From NCBI GenBank assembly GCA_963811705.1, contig CAWESL010000005.1, positions 175,278 to 239,277 of the forward strand: 64,000 nt of DNA. Reading direction: 5' to 3'. The stretch is from Ignavibacteriota bacterium. GTDB lineage: Bacteria > Bacteroidota > Ignavibacteria > UBA10030 > UBA6906. Each line of letters opens with the position of its first letter. Position 1 is the first letter of the stretch. Shown here in pieces: positions 1 to 10,138 of this stretch. The position numbers and the translations under genes were made by a program. The notes beneath the pieces are model-generated. The model searched no databases. It saw only the letters and a list, made by a program, of their open reading frames with translations, and was not told where the DNA came from.

Positions 1-1130
1 CCGATGTCGACATGCAGGTCACGGAAGATCTTCAACCGCGTCCCTTCTCCTGCAGGGACATGCAACCCTGCCTGCGCCATCAGGACGATGAACCCGACGC
101 ATTTCATGGCGACACTCTTCCCGCCCGCATTCGGTCCGCTGATGACCAGCGTCGTGTACCCGTTGCCGAGTTCCAGATCCAGCGGCACTGTCCCGTGTAA
201 TCCGTGGTTGAGCAGAAGGATCGGATGCCGTGCGCGCACCAGCGTCAACGGACCCTCGGGACCGACCTGGGGCTCCATGCCCAGGATTTCGATCGAGTAG
301 CGCGCCTTCGCCTGGAGAAAATCGAGCAGGGCAAGGCGGTGCAGATTCTCCTCGAGGTTCGCCCGGCGCTCGCGCACCTGAGACGTGAGAACCTGGAGGA
401 TTCTCTCCACCTCGCGTTGTTCCTGGAACTGCAGACTCCGGATTTCGTTATTGAGCTCAAGGGTCTCGGTCGGTTCCACGAAAACGGTCGCACCGCTCGA
501 GGACGCGCTATGGATGAACCCCGGGACATTCCGTTTGTGTTCGGTCTTGACGGGGATGACCATTCTCCCCTCGCGCGTCGTAATGATCTCCTCCTGACTG
601 AAACCGAGATCCGAAACGCCCCGGAGGATCGTCTCCAACCGTTTCCGGAGCTGCTCCGACTTCTCCGCAATCGACCGTCGAATGGCCAGGAGCTCTTTTG
701 AGGCGTTCGTCTTCACCGCGGCGGAATCGTCGATCGCCTGAGCGATATTGAACTCGAGGACTTTGTCGGCTCCGAGGCCTTCGGCGATAGACCACAGGAG
801 GAGGGACAGGTCTCGTCGCTTCGCAAGCACGGCACGTGTCAGGCGCGACGCACGCACGGTCGTCAAAATCTGAAGCAGTTCTTTCGGGAGGAGGGTTGCC
901 CCGTCAATGGCCGAGCGCGCGAGTGCCGGGCCGACAGGCTGCAGTCCTTCCAGCGGCAGCCCTTCCTCCTCCTCGAGCAGGCGTTTCATCTCTGAGACCT
1001 GCTGCAACGCGAGGCGCACCTGCGACGTCTCCGTTTCCGCCCTGAGTCCGCGCACGAGCTCAGCGCCGGGTTCCGATATTGCGTGTCGGAGAATCCGCTC
1101 CCGGATGCGCTCGAATTCGAGCTTCGACAT
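1..1130 (-). CDS. mutS2: Endonuclease MutS2 (Smr-type MutS paralog), N-terminal ~376 aa; 3-prime end runs off window start
   Basis: Minus-strand translation from ATG at 1128-1130 gives MSKLEFERIRERILRHA..., typical MutS2 N-terminus; Walker A region TLVISGPNAGGKSVAMKCVGFIVLMAQAG read on minus strand around 100-160. Not in ORF track because no stop within window. Confidence 0.8.
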   Translation of the reverse strand, partial: MSKLEFERIRERILRHAISEPGAELVRGLRAETETSQVRLALQQVSEMKRLLEEEEGLPLEGLQPVGPALARSAIDGATLLPKELLQILTTVRASRLTRAVLAKRRDLSLLLWSIAEGLGADKVLEFNIAQAIDDSAAVKTNASKELLAIRRSIAEKSEQLRKRLETILRGVSDLGFSQEEIITTREGRMVIPVKTEHKRNVPGFIHSASSSGATVFVEPTETLELNNEIRSLQFQEQREVERILQVLTSQVRERRANLEENLHRLALLDFLQAKARYSIEILGMEPQVGPEGPLTLVRARHPILLLNHGLHGTVPLDLELGNGYTTLVISGPNAGGKSVAMKCVGFIVLMAQAGLHVPAGEGTRLKIFRDLHVDI

Positions 1131-1147
1131 TGCCGACTGCCACGAGC

Positions 1148-1603
1148 TCATGCGCCGAGCATCCGTTTGACCGTTTCCTGGACGACCTTGCCGTCGGCTT
1201 TTCCCTTGAGCGCCTTCATCGCGACGGGCATGACCTTTCCGAAATCCTTTGATCCGGATGCGCCAACGTCCGTTATCACCTGACGGACCGCATTCGCAAT
1301 CTCTTCGGCCGACAATTGCTTCGGGAGATATTCCTGGATGATGGCGAGCTCGCGTTCTTCCTGGTCAACGAGCTCCATACGGTTCGCAGCCCTGAATTGC
1401 TCGATCGATTCACGACGCTTTTTCGCCGCGGTGGTCAGGACTCCGATCTCATCTTCCGGGGTCATCCCGGCTTCCGTCCCCCGTTTTTCAATTTCCTTTT
1501 CCAGCAGCGCTGCGCGGATCGTCCGCAGCGTCTCCCTTCGGAGTGTTTCGCCCTTCTTCATCGCCGACTGCAAATCAGTGCTGATTGTTTCCTTCAGACT
1601 CAT
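1148..1603 (-). CDS. GatB/YqeY domain protein
   Basis: 151 aa; sequence pattern (…AMKKGETLRRETLRTIRAAL…KDFGKVMPVAMKALKGKADGKVV…) matches GatB/YqeY family. Confidence 0.8.
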   Translation of the reverse strand: MSLKETISTDLQSAMKKGETLRRETLRTIRAALLEKEIEKRGTEAGMTPEDEIGVLTTAAKKRRESIEQFRAANRMELVDQEERELAIIQEYLPKQLSAEEIANAVRQVITDVGASGSKDFGKVMPVAMKALKGKADGKVVQETVKRMLGA

Positions 1604-1806
1604 GCGTCGTCACTGCTCCTTCCGGTGTCGAAAAAACGAAAAAGGCAGGAATCTCTACGTGGAGTCCCCGCCCGTATCTCTTTCGCAGGCCCCGCTGCGC
1701 GATGTCGTCATTCCACCGCCTGATCGAATTCCCGATCAGCCGGACATCCACCTGCCATGCACTGAAAAAATAGCCCTAATTCGACAAAAAGTCAACGCAC
1801 CATTCT

Positions 1807-2493
1807 TCACACTCCTCCGAAGATTTTGATGACATTTCCGCTGATCGATGCGGCTTCTTTCGAACAAAGAAATGTGATGAGCGCGGCGATCTCCTCAGGC
1901 GGAACCCAGGCGGAGTGGTCCGCCTTCGGCATTCCTTCCAGGTTCGCTTTCGTCCGGATGATCGACGGCGCTATAGCATTGCAGGTTACTCCGGTCCCGC
2001 GAATTTCCTGCGCGAGTGTCAGCGTCATGGTGACGACTGCGCCCTTCGATACTGCATATGCCTCGCGCCGTGCTGATGGCTGGAGCACAGGCATTGCCGC
2101 TATTGTGACGATTCTGCCGTTCTTCCTCGCCTTCATTCCCGCAAGAGTCATTTTCACGGCATGATGGGCAGTAAGAAAATTCATCCGAAACTGTCCCTCC
2201 AGGTCATCATCCGACGTTTCTTCCACCAGGGATCCCCCGACAAAGCCGCCTGCAAGACAGATGAGGATATCCGTCGGGCCGACGTTTTGCTCAACCGAAT
2301 CGAAGAACGCGCGCGCCGCGGGTTCAGCCGTGAGATCACACGCTGCCGCGTAGGTTGCTCCCCGGACGGCACCCGGACTGTTTCTTACGGGGACGGAGAC
2401 CTTTGCATCGAGGCTGCGGAAAGCCTCGATCACGACCATTCCAAGATCGCCGGTTCCTCCGGTGACGACCACATTGTTCCCAGCAAGTTGCAT
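1807..2493 (-). CDS. SDR family NAD(P)-dependent oxidoreductase
   Basis: Gly-rich Rossmann motif VVVTGGTGDLG near N-term; SDR catalytic region YAVSKGAV. Start chosen at internal ATG 2491-2493 (MQLAGNN…); the longer ORF to 2661 would overlap divergent gene at 2567. Confidence 0.8.
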   Translation of the reverse strand: MQLAGNNVVVTGGTGDLGMVVIEAFRSLDAKVSVPVRNSPGAVRGATYAAACDLTAEPAARAFFDSVEQNVGPTDILICLAGGFVGGSLVEETSDDDLEGQFRMNFLTAHHAVKMTLAGMKARKNGRIVTIAAMPVLQPSARREAYAVSKGAVVTMTLTLAQEIRGTGVTCNAIAPSIIRTKANLEGMPKADHSAWVPPEEIAALITFLCSKEAASISGNVIKIFGGV

Positions 2494-2566
2494 GGCGCCC
2501 TCATGTCTTGAAAGTCTGAACAGATAACGGTAGATTGAGCACAATCTTAAGGAGGAGGTACGTGCT

Positions 2567-3124
2567 ATGAAAGGGATTGTCTCACAATTCGCCCCGGTTT
2601 TTTCGGTTCTTCTCTTCGCCGTGATTCTTGTGTCCCCTGCTATTGCCCAGGAGGCCCCCAAGGTCGGCGATATGGCTCCTCAGTTTACGTTGCCAGCCGC
2701 AACGAAGGACACAATTGAGTTTTCAGGCATCAGCCTCAAGTCCGCGCTCGAAAAATCCAGGGTCATCCTGGCGTTCTTTCCCGCCGCGTGGAGCGGCGGA
2801 TGTACGACAGAGATGTGCACGATGCGCGACAACTTCACGGGCCTTTCGGGATTGCATGCGACCGTGTTCGGGATCAGCGGGGACTACGTCTTTACCGACA
2901 GGGAATGGGCAAAGCATCTGGGGCTGCAATTCACGCTTTTGAGCGACCATGACCATGCCGTTGCCAAGGCCTATCACACCTACAACTCTGATTCAGGGTA
3001 CAACGTTCGATCGATCTGGGTGATCGGGCAGGATGGGCGCATTCTCTACAAGGACCCGGCCTATAACGTCCAGAATCCGGATGCGTTCAACCGACTCAAA
3101 GATGCATTGGCATCGCTCAAGTAG
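2567..3124 (+). CDS. Secreted peroxiredoxin/redoxin (AhpC-TSA / Bcp-like thioredoxin-fold) protein
   Basis: Signal peptide; motif FFPAAWSGGCTTEMC typical of redoxin peroxidatic Cys region; strong SD AAGGAGGAGG upstream. Confidence 0.7.
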   Translation: MKGIVSQFAPVFSVLLFAVILVSPAIAQEAPKVGDMAPQFTLPAATKDTIEFSGISLKSALEKSRVILAFFPAAWSGGCTTEMCTMRDNFTGLSGLHATVFGISGDYVFTDREWAKHLGLQFTLLSDHDHAVAKAYHTYNSDSGYNVRSIWVIGQDGRILYKDPAYNVQNPDAFNRLKDALASLK

Positions 3125-3177
3125 ATCGCGGATCGTCTTTTGGTCGAGAGGTCTAACTTCTTTCACACAGGAAACTT

Positions 3178-4986
3178 ATGTTCAAATATAAGGTAGTAAT
3201 TCTCGCTCTCTTTTTCTCTTCCGTTTCGTTTGGTCAGACATCGCCGGAGATTCGCGCGTCTGACATCAAATTGTACCTGAAGTATCTCGCGTCACCGGAA
3301 CTGGAAGGAAGGGCGAGTGGATCGGAAGGAAACAGGAAGGCTGCGGCGTTCATCGCAGACTGGATGAGCCGTGACGGCATCGAGCCCAAAGGTGATAACG
3401 GGACGTATTTTCAGACCTTTGACTTTGTGGCGGCGGTTCGACTGGGAGACGGCAATGCAGTCTCCATGTCCGGAAAGACTTTCGAGGGAGGGACGGCATC
3501 GCTGAAAGTCAATGACGATTTTCGTCCCCTTGCATTCTCCTCGAACGGCTCGGTCAGCGGACCGCTCGCGTTTGCCGGTTACGGCATCACTGCCGGAGAC
3601 CAGAACTACGACGACTACGCCGGCCTCGATGTTGCGGGAAAGGTGGTCGTTGTCCTCCGTTACGGCCCCGATGGCTCCGATCCGCACAGTCCGTTTGGCA
3701 AATACACATCGTTCCGGAATAAGGCGAGGATCGCCCGTGACAAAGGCGCGGTCGCAATCATTTTCCTGAACGGCCCCCGCGACGAGCAATCCGACGATCT
3801 CGTGAGGCTGACCTACGATCAGAGCTTCGAGACTTCGGGGATCCCGGCGATTTCCATGAAGCGCGACTGGATCGAGAGACTCCTCGTCGCCCGCGGTGTC
3901 AGTCTCGGGTCGCTCCAGGATTCGATTCGCGCCACGAAGAAGCCCATGAGCCTCCCGCTCGATGCTGAAGCGACGCTGCAAACGAATGTCGTGAAGGTGA
4001 AATCGAAAACCGCGAATATCATCGGGTTTCTTCCCGGGAATGATCCCGTTCTTCAGGACCAGGTCCTGATTCTCGGGGCACATATGGATCATCTCGGCTA
4101 CGGAGGACGGGGGTCGGGCTCGCTTGTTCCGGATACGATCGCCATTCACCCGGGCGCGGACGACAACGCTTCGGGCGCGAGCGGTCTGATGGAAATCATG
4201 CAGTGGATGGGTTCGCGCAAGCAAACGCTCAAACGCAGCGTGCTGTTCCTCTTTTTCTCGGGTGAAGAATTGGGGACTCTCGGATCCGCCTACTATGTGG
4301 CACATCCTGAACTCCCGTTGGACCGGAGCATCGCCATGCTGAACATGGACATGGTGGGAAGACTGGAGGGGAAGAACCTTACGGTCTACGGTACAGGAAC
4401 TTCCTCTTCCTGGACTCCCCTGCTCGATCGCTTCAACAAGGATTCCACCTTTGCGTTGAAAACCATTCCCGACGGCTACGGCCCGAGCGATCATTCGCAG
4501 TTCTACGGGAAGGACATGCCGGTACTTTTTTTCTTTACCGGCACTCACAATGACTATCATAAACCAGGCGATACCTGGGAGAAGATCAATTATCCCGGCG
4601 AAGAAAAGGTCGTGCGGTTCGTGGCAAATATCGCAGACGCGATTGACATCATGCCGGCGCGCCCCGCGTTCACAAAAGTGCAAACGTCAACGCCTTCCAC
4701 CTCGGGGGACACGCGGTCGTTTTCCGTCACTCTTGGAATCATTCCTGACTATGCCGAAGGGTCCGATGGGATGAAAATCGGCGGGATCAGGCCTGGTGGA
4801 CCAGCGGAGAAGGCAGGGCTCCTTTCCGGCGACATCATCACGAAAATGGGCGGAAAGAAGATCATGAACATCTATGATTACATGGGAGTGCTCGGGGAAC
4901 TCAAGGCGGGAGATCAGGTCGACGTTGAAATAACCCGCGGCGGGCAGGCCATGACCTTCCATGCGACGATGCAGAAGCGTCAATGA
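3178..4986 (+). CDS. M28 family zinc peptidase with PA domain and C-terminal PDZ domain
   Basis: Signal peptide; M28 metal-binding motifs (HMDHLG, GADDNASG, FSGEELG, NMDMVG, DH…DT) and C-terminal PDZ-like GMKIGGIRPGGPAEKAGLLSGDIITKMGGKKI. Confidence 0.8.
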   Translation: MFKYKVVILALFFSSVSFGQTSPEIRASDIKLYLKYLASPELEGRASGSEGNRKAAAFIADWMSRDGIEPKGDNGTYFQTFDFVAAVRLGDGNAVSMSGKTFEGGTASLKVNDDFRPLAFSSNGSVSGPLAFAGYGITAGDQNYDDYAGLDVAGKVVVVLRYGPDGSDPHSPFGKYTSFRNKARIARDKGAVAIIFLNGPRDEQSDDLVRLTYDQSFETSGIPAISMKRDWIERLLVARGVSLGSLQDSIRATKKPMSLPLDAEATLQTNVVKVKSKTANIIGFLPGNDPVLQDQVLILGAHMDHLGYGGRGSGSLVPDTIAIHPGADDNASGASGLMEIMQWMGSRKQTLKRSVLFLFFSGEELGTLGSAYYVAHPELPLDRSIAMLNMDMVGRLEGKNLTVYGTGTSSSWTPLLDRFNKDSTFALKTIPDGYGPSDHSQFYGKDMPVLFFFTGTHNDYHKPGDTWEKINYPGEEKVVRFVANIADAIDIMPARPAFTKVQTSTPSTSGDTRSFSVTLGIIPDYAEGSDGMKIGGIRPGGPAEKAGLLSGDIITKMGGKKIMNIYDYMGVLGELKAGDQVDVEITRGGQAMTFHATMQKRQ

Positions 4987-4998
4987 CGGGGTCTGCGA

Positions 4999-5187
4999 TC
5001 AGTTCTTTTCCGGTTTTAGAATTCTGTGCGCGCTCATAACAAACCGCTGCACGATCCGAAGGCGGGCATCTTCGCTTCTCGCTGCTGAGAGGTCCGCCTG
5101 TTCATTTCTGATGAACGCTTCCAGCACCTTCCGTTCTGATTCCGTCAGCGAACTGACGTATTGTGAGAACATGTCAACTGCGGCCAT
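4999..5187 (-). CDS. Small hypothetical protein (start uncertain)
   Basis: ORF 4999..5283; internal Met (MAAVDMFSQ…) chosen to avoid overlap with flavin reductase; no recognisable domain. Confidence 0.3.
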   Translation of the reverse strand: MAAVDMFSQYVSSLTESERKVLEAFIRNEQADLSAARSEDARLRIVQRFVMSAHRILKPEKN

Positions 5188-5221
5188 TTCGCGTCTCCTG
5201 TCGGAACCACCTGTTGAATCT

Positions 5222-5710
5222 CTATGGTATTTCTTTCCAATAATTGAGCCCCGTGTCGCGCATCGCAAGGCCGACCCCGTCATCGTGAACTTCCGCCTGG
5301 ACTACTTCGCCGAGGAAAAGCGTGTGATCGCCGCTCTCCATGAGCTGCCGAACCTCGCACTCGAGACAACTCAGACTCTCCGTCAAAACCGGATTCCCCG
5401 CTTCTGATCGCGTATATTTTCTCCCGTTGAAATCCCCCGACCTTGAGACCGGGCTGCGAAGGAAATCCCTGGCGATGTCTTCGCCATCGGCGGGAAGGAC
5501 GTTCACGGAGAATCGTCGATGCCTCGTGATGGCGGCATGCATCGTCGATCCATGCTCGATGGCGACGGCAAGAAGGGGCGGTGTGAACGATGCCTGGACA
5601 ATCCAGTTTGCGAGAATTGCCATGCACGCGCCATCTTCCCCCGGAGCACCGAGGACATAGAGGCCGTAAGCCATCTGCTGAAGAGCTTTGCGCTTGACAC
5701 TCGGATTCAT
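5222..5710 (-). CDS. Flavin reductase-like (FMN-binding split-barrel) family protein
   Basis: 162 aa; pattern LQQMAYGLYVLGA…ILANWIVQASFTPPLLAVAI…RDFL…GRKYTRSEAGNPVLTESLSCLECEV typical of flavin reductase domain. Confidence 0.75.
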   Translation of the reverse strand: MNPSVKRKALQQMAYGLYVLGAPGEDGACMAILANWIVQASFTPPLLAVAIEHGSTMHAAITRHRRFSVNVLPADGEDIARDFLRSPVSRSGDFNGRKYTRSEAGNPVLTESLSCLECEVRQLMESGDHTLFLGEVVQAEVHDDGVGLAMRDTGLNYWKEIP

Positions 5711-6051
5711 GAGGGGGTGTGCGATCCTTCGGGTTCACCGGCACATTCGGGACATTCACAAAGAGCCCGGAGTATCCCCCAACTGTAGATCCCGTCCACG
5801 TGTCCGTCACCCCAGGAAAAACGCATCGCATAGTTGCCGATTTGTTCGGCCGCGTTCAAGTCGTACCTGCCGGGTGCGTCGAAGTCAACGGGAGACGGTC
5901 CATAATGCTGGCCGAGGATGGTCTCCCCCCTGCATCCTGCGCATGGGCAGGCATCCCGGAGGCGTTTCAGACCGACGGTTTCCAAATGACCATCGTCCCA
6001 GAGTAACGATATTTCCGTTGATGATTTCCGGCTTAACTTGCGTACGTACAT
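5707..6051 (-). CDS. DUF971 (gamma-butyrobetaine hydroxylase-like N-terminal) domain protein
   Basis: 114 aa; Cys pairs CPCAGCRGE … CECPECAGE and LWDDGH motif typical of DUF971; stop overlaps start of flavin reductase by 4 nt. Confidence 0.65.
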   Translation of the reverse strand: MYVRKLSRKSSTEISLLWDDGHLETVGLKRLRDACPCAGCRGETILGQHYGPSPVDFDAPGRYDLNAAEQIGNYAMRFSWGDGHVDGIYSWGILRALCECPECAGEPEGSHTPS

Positions 6052-6160
6052 GATATTAGAGTTCTTCTTGTAATGCTTTCCCAGTCACCTGTTGTGCGGC
6101 GCACAAATGTGAGAAAACCGTGCCGGAGCAGAGTGCTGGATCCTCAAGGGGAGGGAGCGA

Positions 6161-6694
6161 TTAGGACGGAGAGATTTCTGCCGAGGTGAGTCGGCGGGCA
6201 ATCTCGCGGAGCGCGTCTTTCGTGAGGAATTTCTGCACCAGGGGAAAAAGAATATGATTTTCCTTGTGAATATGGTTGACCATGATTCTCACGATTCCTT
6301 GCGCAATTGCTGCAACATTCCTTGCCGCTTCTTTATCCTTCCGATTCTTGTCCAGGAGCGCAAACGCCTTCTGCAACCGGGAAAACTCCTTCTTTAGCGC
6401 GCGGTGTTCGGTTCGCATCAGTTCTGTGGGACCTTCGACATACCGTTCGAGAACCGGGAACAGCGCCTCCTCCTCTCGCCTGTTATGATGGGTCACCTCA
6501 TCCCTGATAAATTCCACGGCGCGTGACAATCGCCGCCACTCATCTGCGGAATACCCTTCCGCTTCAATCGCGGCGCTTGCCTTCCGGAGCTGCGAAAGCT
6601 GCACAAGCGCTTCGTCGTGCTCCTGCATGAACTGGGCGATGGGATCGATCCGCACGCGCGTCAGATGCTCCGGAATGGCCGTGGTCTTTCTCAC
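6161..6694 (-). CDS. Hemerythrin-like (HHE cation-binding) domain protein
   Basis: 177 aa; repeated H/E-rich helices (MQEHDEAL…, TEHRALKKEF, HIHKENHILFP). Confidence 0.6.
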   Translation of the reverse strand: MRKTTAIPEHLTRVRIDPIAQFMQEHDEALVQLSQLRKASAAIEAEGYSADEWRRLSRAVEFIRDEVTHHNRREEEALFPVLERYVEGPTELMRTEHRALKKEFSRLQKAFALLDKNRKDKEAARNVAAIAQGIVRIMVNHIHKENHILFPLVQKFLTKDALREIARRLTSAEISPS

Positions 6695-6987
6695 TCCGAC
6701 TCCACCATCGTATTGAATTTGATCCCTTTCGCGTCGACCAGCTTGGACAGGCGGCCCATGAAAGCCTCTGAAACCTCATCGCCATCGTCAAAAATCTCCA
6801 GCTCTTCGATGCTCTCCGTGATAAAAACCTCCATGAACTGGTTCTTCCGGTTCTCCGCTTCGAAAACCCCGTAGTTCTTCTTTCGCTTCGTAACGAAATG
6901 TGCCTTCATCTCACGCGAAAGAGCAATGTATTGCTCGCGGCTATCAGGCTTTATTCCGTATGAGATGGTGAGCATTGCCTTAGGCAT
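6691..6987 (-). CDS. Hypothetical 98-aa protein
   Basis: Good-quality ORF, overlaps next gene start by 4 nt (operon); no confident family. Confidence 0.5.
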   Translation of the reverse strand: MPKAMLTISYGIKPDSREQYIALSREMKAHFVTKRKKNYGVFEAENRKNQFMEVFITESIEELEIFDDGDEVSEAFMGRLSKLVDAKGIKFNTMVESE

Positions 6988-7014
6988 GATCTTCCTTTCA
7001 AGTTGACATTCACG

Positions 7015-7389
7015 TTAGTACCCTGCTTCTCGAATCTGCTTTTCGGTCATTCCGTAGTAGTGTCCCAGCTCGTGGATGAGCGTGTCCCGTATGTTTGCGC
7101 GGAGTTCAGCGGCGTTTCCCGAGATCGTCTCGAGGTTCGCCTTGAACAGCGTAATCCGATCCGGGAGCACCGGAAGCATACCATAATCGACGCCCCGCTT
7201 TGACAGCGGCACGCCCTCGTACAGACCGAGGAGCAGTCCTCCTTTACGTACCCCCGCCCTCCGGAGTGTTGTCTCCGACGGGGCGTCATCGACGACAATG
7301 TGCAGGTTCTCGATCCTGCTTGAGAACCGTTGCGGCAGGGTCGACAGAACTTCCTGCACAACCTCATCAAACGTCCCGTCGTCGGCCAC
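7015..7389 (-). CDS. Zincin-like metallopeptidase (DUF1025-type) protein
   Basis: 124 aa; HELGHYYG zinc-binding motif near C-terminus. Confidence 0.7.
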   Translation of the reverse strand: MADDGTFDEVVQEVLSTLPQRFSSRIENLHIVVDDAPSETTLRRAGVRKGGLLLGLYEGVPLSKRGVDYGMLPVLPDRITLFKANLETISGNAAELRANIRDTLIHELGHYYGMTEKQIREAGY

Positions 7390-7406
7390 GCCGTCATCCC
7401 CTGTGA

Positions 7407-8111
7407 TTACACGCCGAACTTCACCATCCGGATCCCTGCTGCCAGGATCGCCGCGAGCACGGGTATGGAGAGCGCGGAAAAGAACGCGCGGGGAACAGAG
7501 AGCCGGTGTGCAACGCGAAGCGCATACACGAGCAGAATCCAGGACCAGAATACGGCGATGCTATCGAGCGTCAGCAACAGCAAATACGCCACAGGGTTAA
7601 TCACGAACGGAGGTGGATTCGAATCGAAAAAGTAGCCTCCAAAGACCGCGAGTTCCACGGGAAAAATAAAGACAAGCGACCAGACAATCGGGACCGTCGC
7701 GTACGCTATTACCGCCATGGTTGCCTTCATGGAAGAATGACCGCCGAGAATTTTCGAGATCACGCGAAGAACGAAACTCATCAGCACCACCGACACGATC
7801 CCGAGCACCGGGCCGGCCAGCAACGCGACCAGCAGCACTCCCCCCAGTCCGCCGAGAATCCGACCGTAGTTGCCGAACCAGAGAACCGTCACCGCAAATG
7901 CAATGCCGAAGAGGGCTGTCAGGAAAAGCGTATAATTCTTGTGCCGGGCGATCGCAATACGGTGCATCGTCGATCGCGGGGATTCCAGAAGTCCCCACGA
8001 TGTATGGAACAGATCGAGTGTGTCAACCTTCGTCTGGAGATATCCTTTGCAGGAGACACATACCACAGCAAGATCGTCGTTTTCTTTTCCGCATACTGGA
8101 CAGAGCAGCAT
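7407..8111 (-). CDS. Yip1-like multi-pass membrane protein with N-terminal zinc-ribbon
   Basis: N-terminal CPVCG…CVSCKG zinc ribbon followed by ~5 hydrophobic helices. Confidence 0.55.
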   Translation of the reverse strand: MLLCPVCGKENDDLAVVCVSCKGYLQTKVDTLDLFHTSWGLLESPRSTMHRIAIARHKNYTLFLTALFGIAFAVTVLWFGNYGRILGGLGGVLLVALLAGPVLGIVSVVLMSFVLRVISKILGGHSSMKATMAVIAYATVPIVWSLVFIFPVELAVFGGYFFDSNPPPFVINPVAYLLLLTLDSIAVFWSWILLVYALRVAHRLSVPRAFFSALSIPVLAAILAAGIRMVKFGV

Positions 8112-8215
8112 TGGACCTCCGGCGATAAGCGGACTGCCTCAACTGCCGAATTATCAACTACTTAAAGGTACATTTTTTCCCGCTCCCGATCAATTTCCCC
8201 GGGCACATGCGCAAA

Positions 8216-9592
8216 CTACGTGCGGATAGGCTCAAATTTTGCGGTGAAATGCCTGAGCATCGGCGGCTCTTCGACGATGCGATATCCGGGGAGACGCTCA
8301 CGGTGCTGATAGCATTCTTCGATGACTTCGATGACGTAGTCAATATGGCTCTGCGTGTACACCCGGCGCGGTATGGCGAGACGGACCAGTTCCATCCTCG
8401 CCGCTTGAAATGTTCCGCCGGCGTCCGTCCGTCCGAACATCACACTGCCGATTTCGACGGATCGGATGCCGCCGTGGCGATAGAGTTCGACGGAAAGCGA
8501 CTGGCCCGGGAATTGCGACGGTGGAATGTGCGGAAGAAAACGTTTTGCGTTCAGATAGATTGCATGGCCGCCCGGCGGCTGCAATATGGGCACGCCCGCT
8601 GCCGTCAAGCGTTCGCCAAAATATTCGATGGAGCGGATCCGGTATTGCAGATAGTGCTCATCCAGAACCTCGTCGAGCCCCTGGGAGATCGCTTCGAGAT
8701 CGCGGCCGGCGAGTCCGCCGTATGTGGGAAACCCTTCGGTCACGATCAGGAGATTGCGGGCGTTCCGGGCCAGCGCTTCGTCGTTGAGGGCAAGGAATCC
8801 TCCCATGTTCACAATGGCGTCCTTCTTCGCGCTCATCGTCGCGCCGTCCGCGTATGAGAACATTTCATGCACGATTTCGCGAACGGGCACCGTTGCGTAT
8901 CCCGCTTCGCGGCGCTTAATGAAATATGCGTTCTCGGCAAACCGGCATGCATCCAGGAAAAACGGGATGCCGAACGAGTGACAGAGCTCACTCGTTTCCC
9001 GGATGTTCGCCATCGAAACGGGCTGCCCTCCCCCGGAGTTATTGGTCACGGTCATCATGCAAAGGGGAATTGATTCCGCACCGACGCGCGTAATTAATTC
9101 CTTCAGTGCAGCAATGTCCATGTTCCCCTTGAAGTCCGCGATGACGTCAGGATCCGAGCCTGCACTCGTCGGGAGGTCGATCGCCTCCGCCTGGGAAAAC
9201 TCGACATTCGCGCGGGTGGTATCGAAATGACTGTTGTTCGGAATCACCTTCCCTTTTCCACCCACGATCGAAAAGAGGATCCTCTCGGCGGCTCTTCCCT
9301 GGTGCGTCGGGATGATGAAACGCATTCCGGTCAGATCGCGCACGGTTTGCTCAAACCGGTAGAAACTCCTGGCTCCCGCATAGGATTCATCCCCCCGCAT
9401 CATCCCTGCCCACTGGTCGGCACTCATGGCCGCGGTCCCGCTATCGGTCAGAAGGTCGATGAGCACTTCTTCCGCGTGAATCATGAACAGATTATACGCC
9501 GCCCGGCGCAATACCTCCTCCCGTTCAGCAGGTGTCGTGAAGCGAATCGGCTCCACCGATTTTATTTTGAACGGCTCGATGATGGTTTTCAT
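8216..9592 (-). CDS. tnaA: Tryptophanase / tyrosine phenol-lyase family beta-eliminating lyase (PLP-dependent)
   Basis: 458 aa; near-colinear similarity to E. coli TnaA from memory (PFKIK…EP, DLLTDSGT, IPTHQGR, SAKKDA PLP-lysine region, FPTYGGL, HFTAK C-term). Confidence 0.85.
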   Translation of the reverse strand: MKTIIEPFKIKSVEPIRFTTPAEREEVLRRAAYNLFMIHAEEVLIDLLTDSGTAAMSADQWAGMMRGDESYAGARSFYRFEQTVRDLTGMRFIIPTHQGRAAERILFSIVGGKGKVIPNNSHFDTTRANVEFSQAEAIDLPTSAGSDPDVIADFKGNMDIAALKELITRVGAESIPLCMMTVTNNSGGGQPVSMANIRETSELCHSFGIPFFLDACRFAENAYFIKRREAGYATVPVREIVHEMFSYADGATMSAKKDAIVNMGGFLALNDEALARNARNLLIVTEGFPTYGGLAGRDLEAISQGLDEVLDEHYLQYRIRSIEYFGERLTAAGVPILQPPGGHAIYLNAKRFLPHIPPSQFPGQSLSVELYRHGGIRSVEIGSVMFGRTDAGGTFQAARMELVRLAIPRRVYTQSHIDYVIEVIEECYQHRERLPGYRIVEEPPMLRHFTAKFEPIRT

Positions 9593-9607
9593 CGTTGGTG
9601 GGGTCGC

Positions 9608-10135
9608 CTATTCGTGTTGGTATCGGATCAGGGAAACCACATCTCTTCCCGCCAGCAATGCACGCCCCTTCAGAAACTCGAGCTCAATGAGAAACGAAAT
9701 GCCCGCCACGGTTCCGCCGAGCTTCTCGACGAGCGTACATGCCGCGTTCATGGTTCCGCCGGTCGCGAGGAGATCGTCATGCAGAAGCACCCGCATCCCC
9801 TTGCGGACCGCATCATTGTGGATCTCGATCGTGTCCGTTCCGTACTCGAGCGAGTATTCCTGGCGGGTCACGGTCGCGGGGAGTTTCCCCGGCTTGCGGA
9901 TCGGCAGAAAGCCGACGCCCAGTTTGTACGCGAGCGGCGCGCCAAGGATGAACCCGCGCGACTCGATCCCTGCGACGGCGTCGATCTTCTGGTCCCGATA
10001 CTGGTCGACCAGCATGTCGATCGCCGTCCGGAACATGACGGGGTCCTTGAGCAGGGTCGTAATGTCACGGAACATGATCCCTTTTTTCGGGAAGTCCGGC
10101 ACGGTCCGGATGGAACTCTGGAGGTCAAGGGTCAT
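9608..10135 (-). CDS. apt: Adenine phosphoribosyltransferase
   Basis: 175 aa; PRPP-binding motif [13 protein letters not shown]; typical Apt N-terminus ([15 protein letters not shown]). Confidence 0.9.
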   Translation of the reverse strand: MTLDLQSSIRTVPDFPKKGIMFRDITTLLKDPVMFRTAIDMLVDQYRDQKIDAVAGIESRGFILGAPLAYKLGVGFLPIRKPGKLPATVTRQEYSLEYGTDTIEIHNDAVRKGMRVLLHDDLLATGGTMNAACTLVEKLGGTVAGISFLIELEFLKGRALLAGRDVVSLIRYQHE

Positions 10136-10138
10136 GCG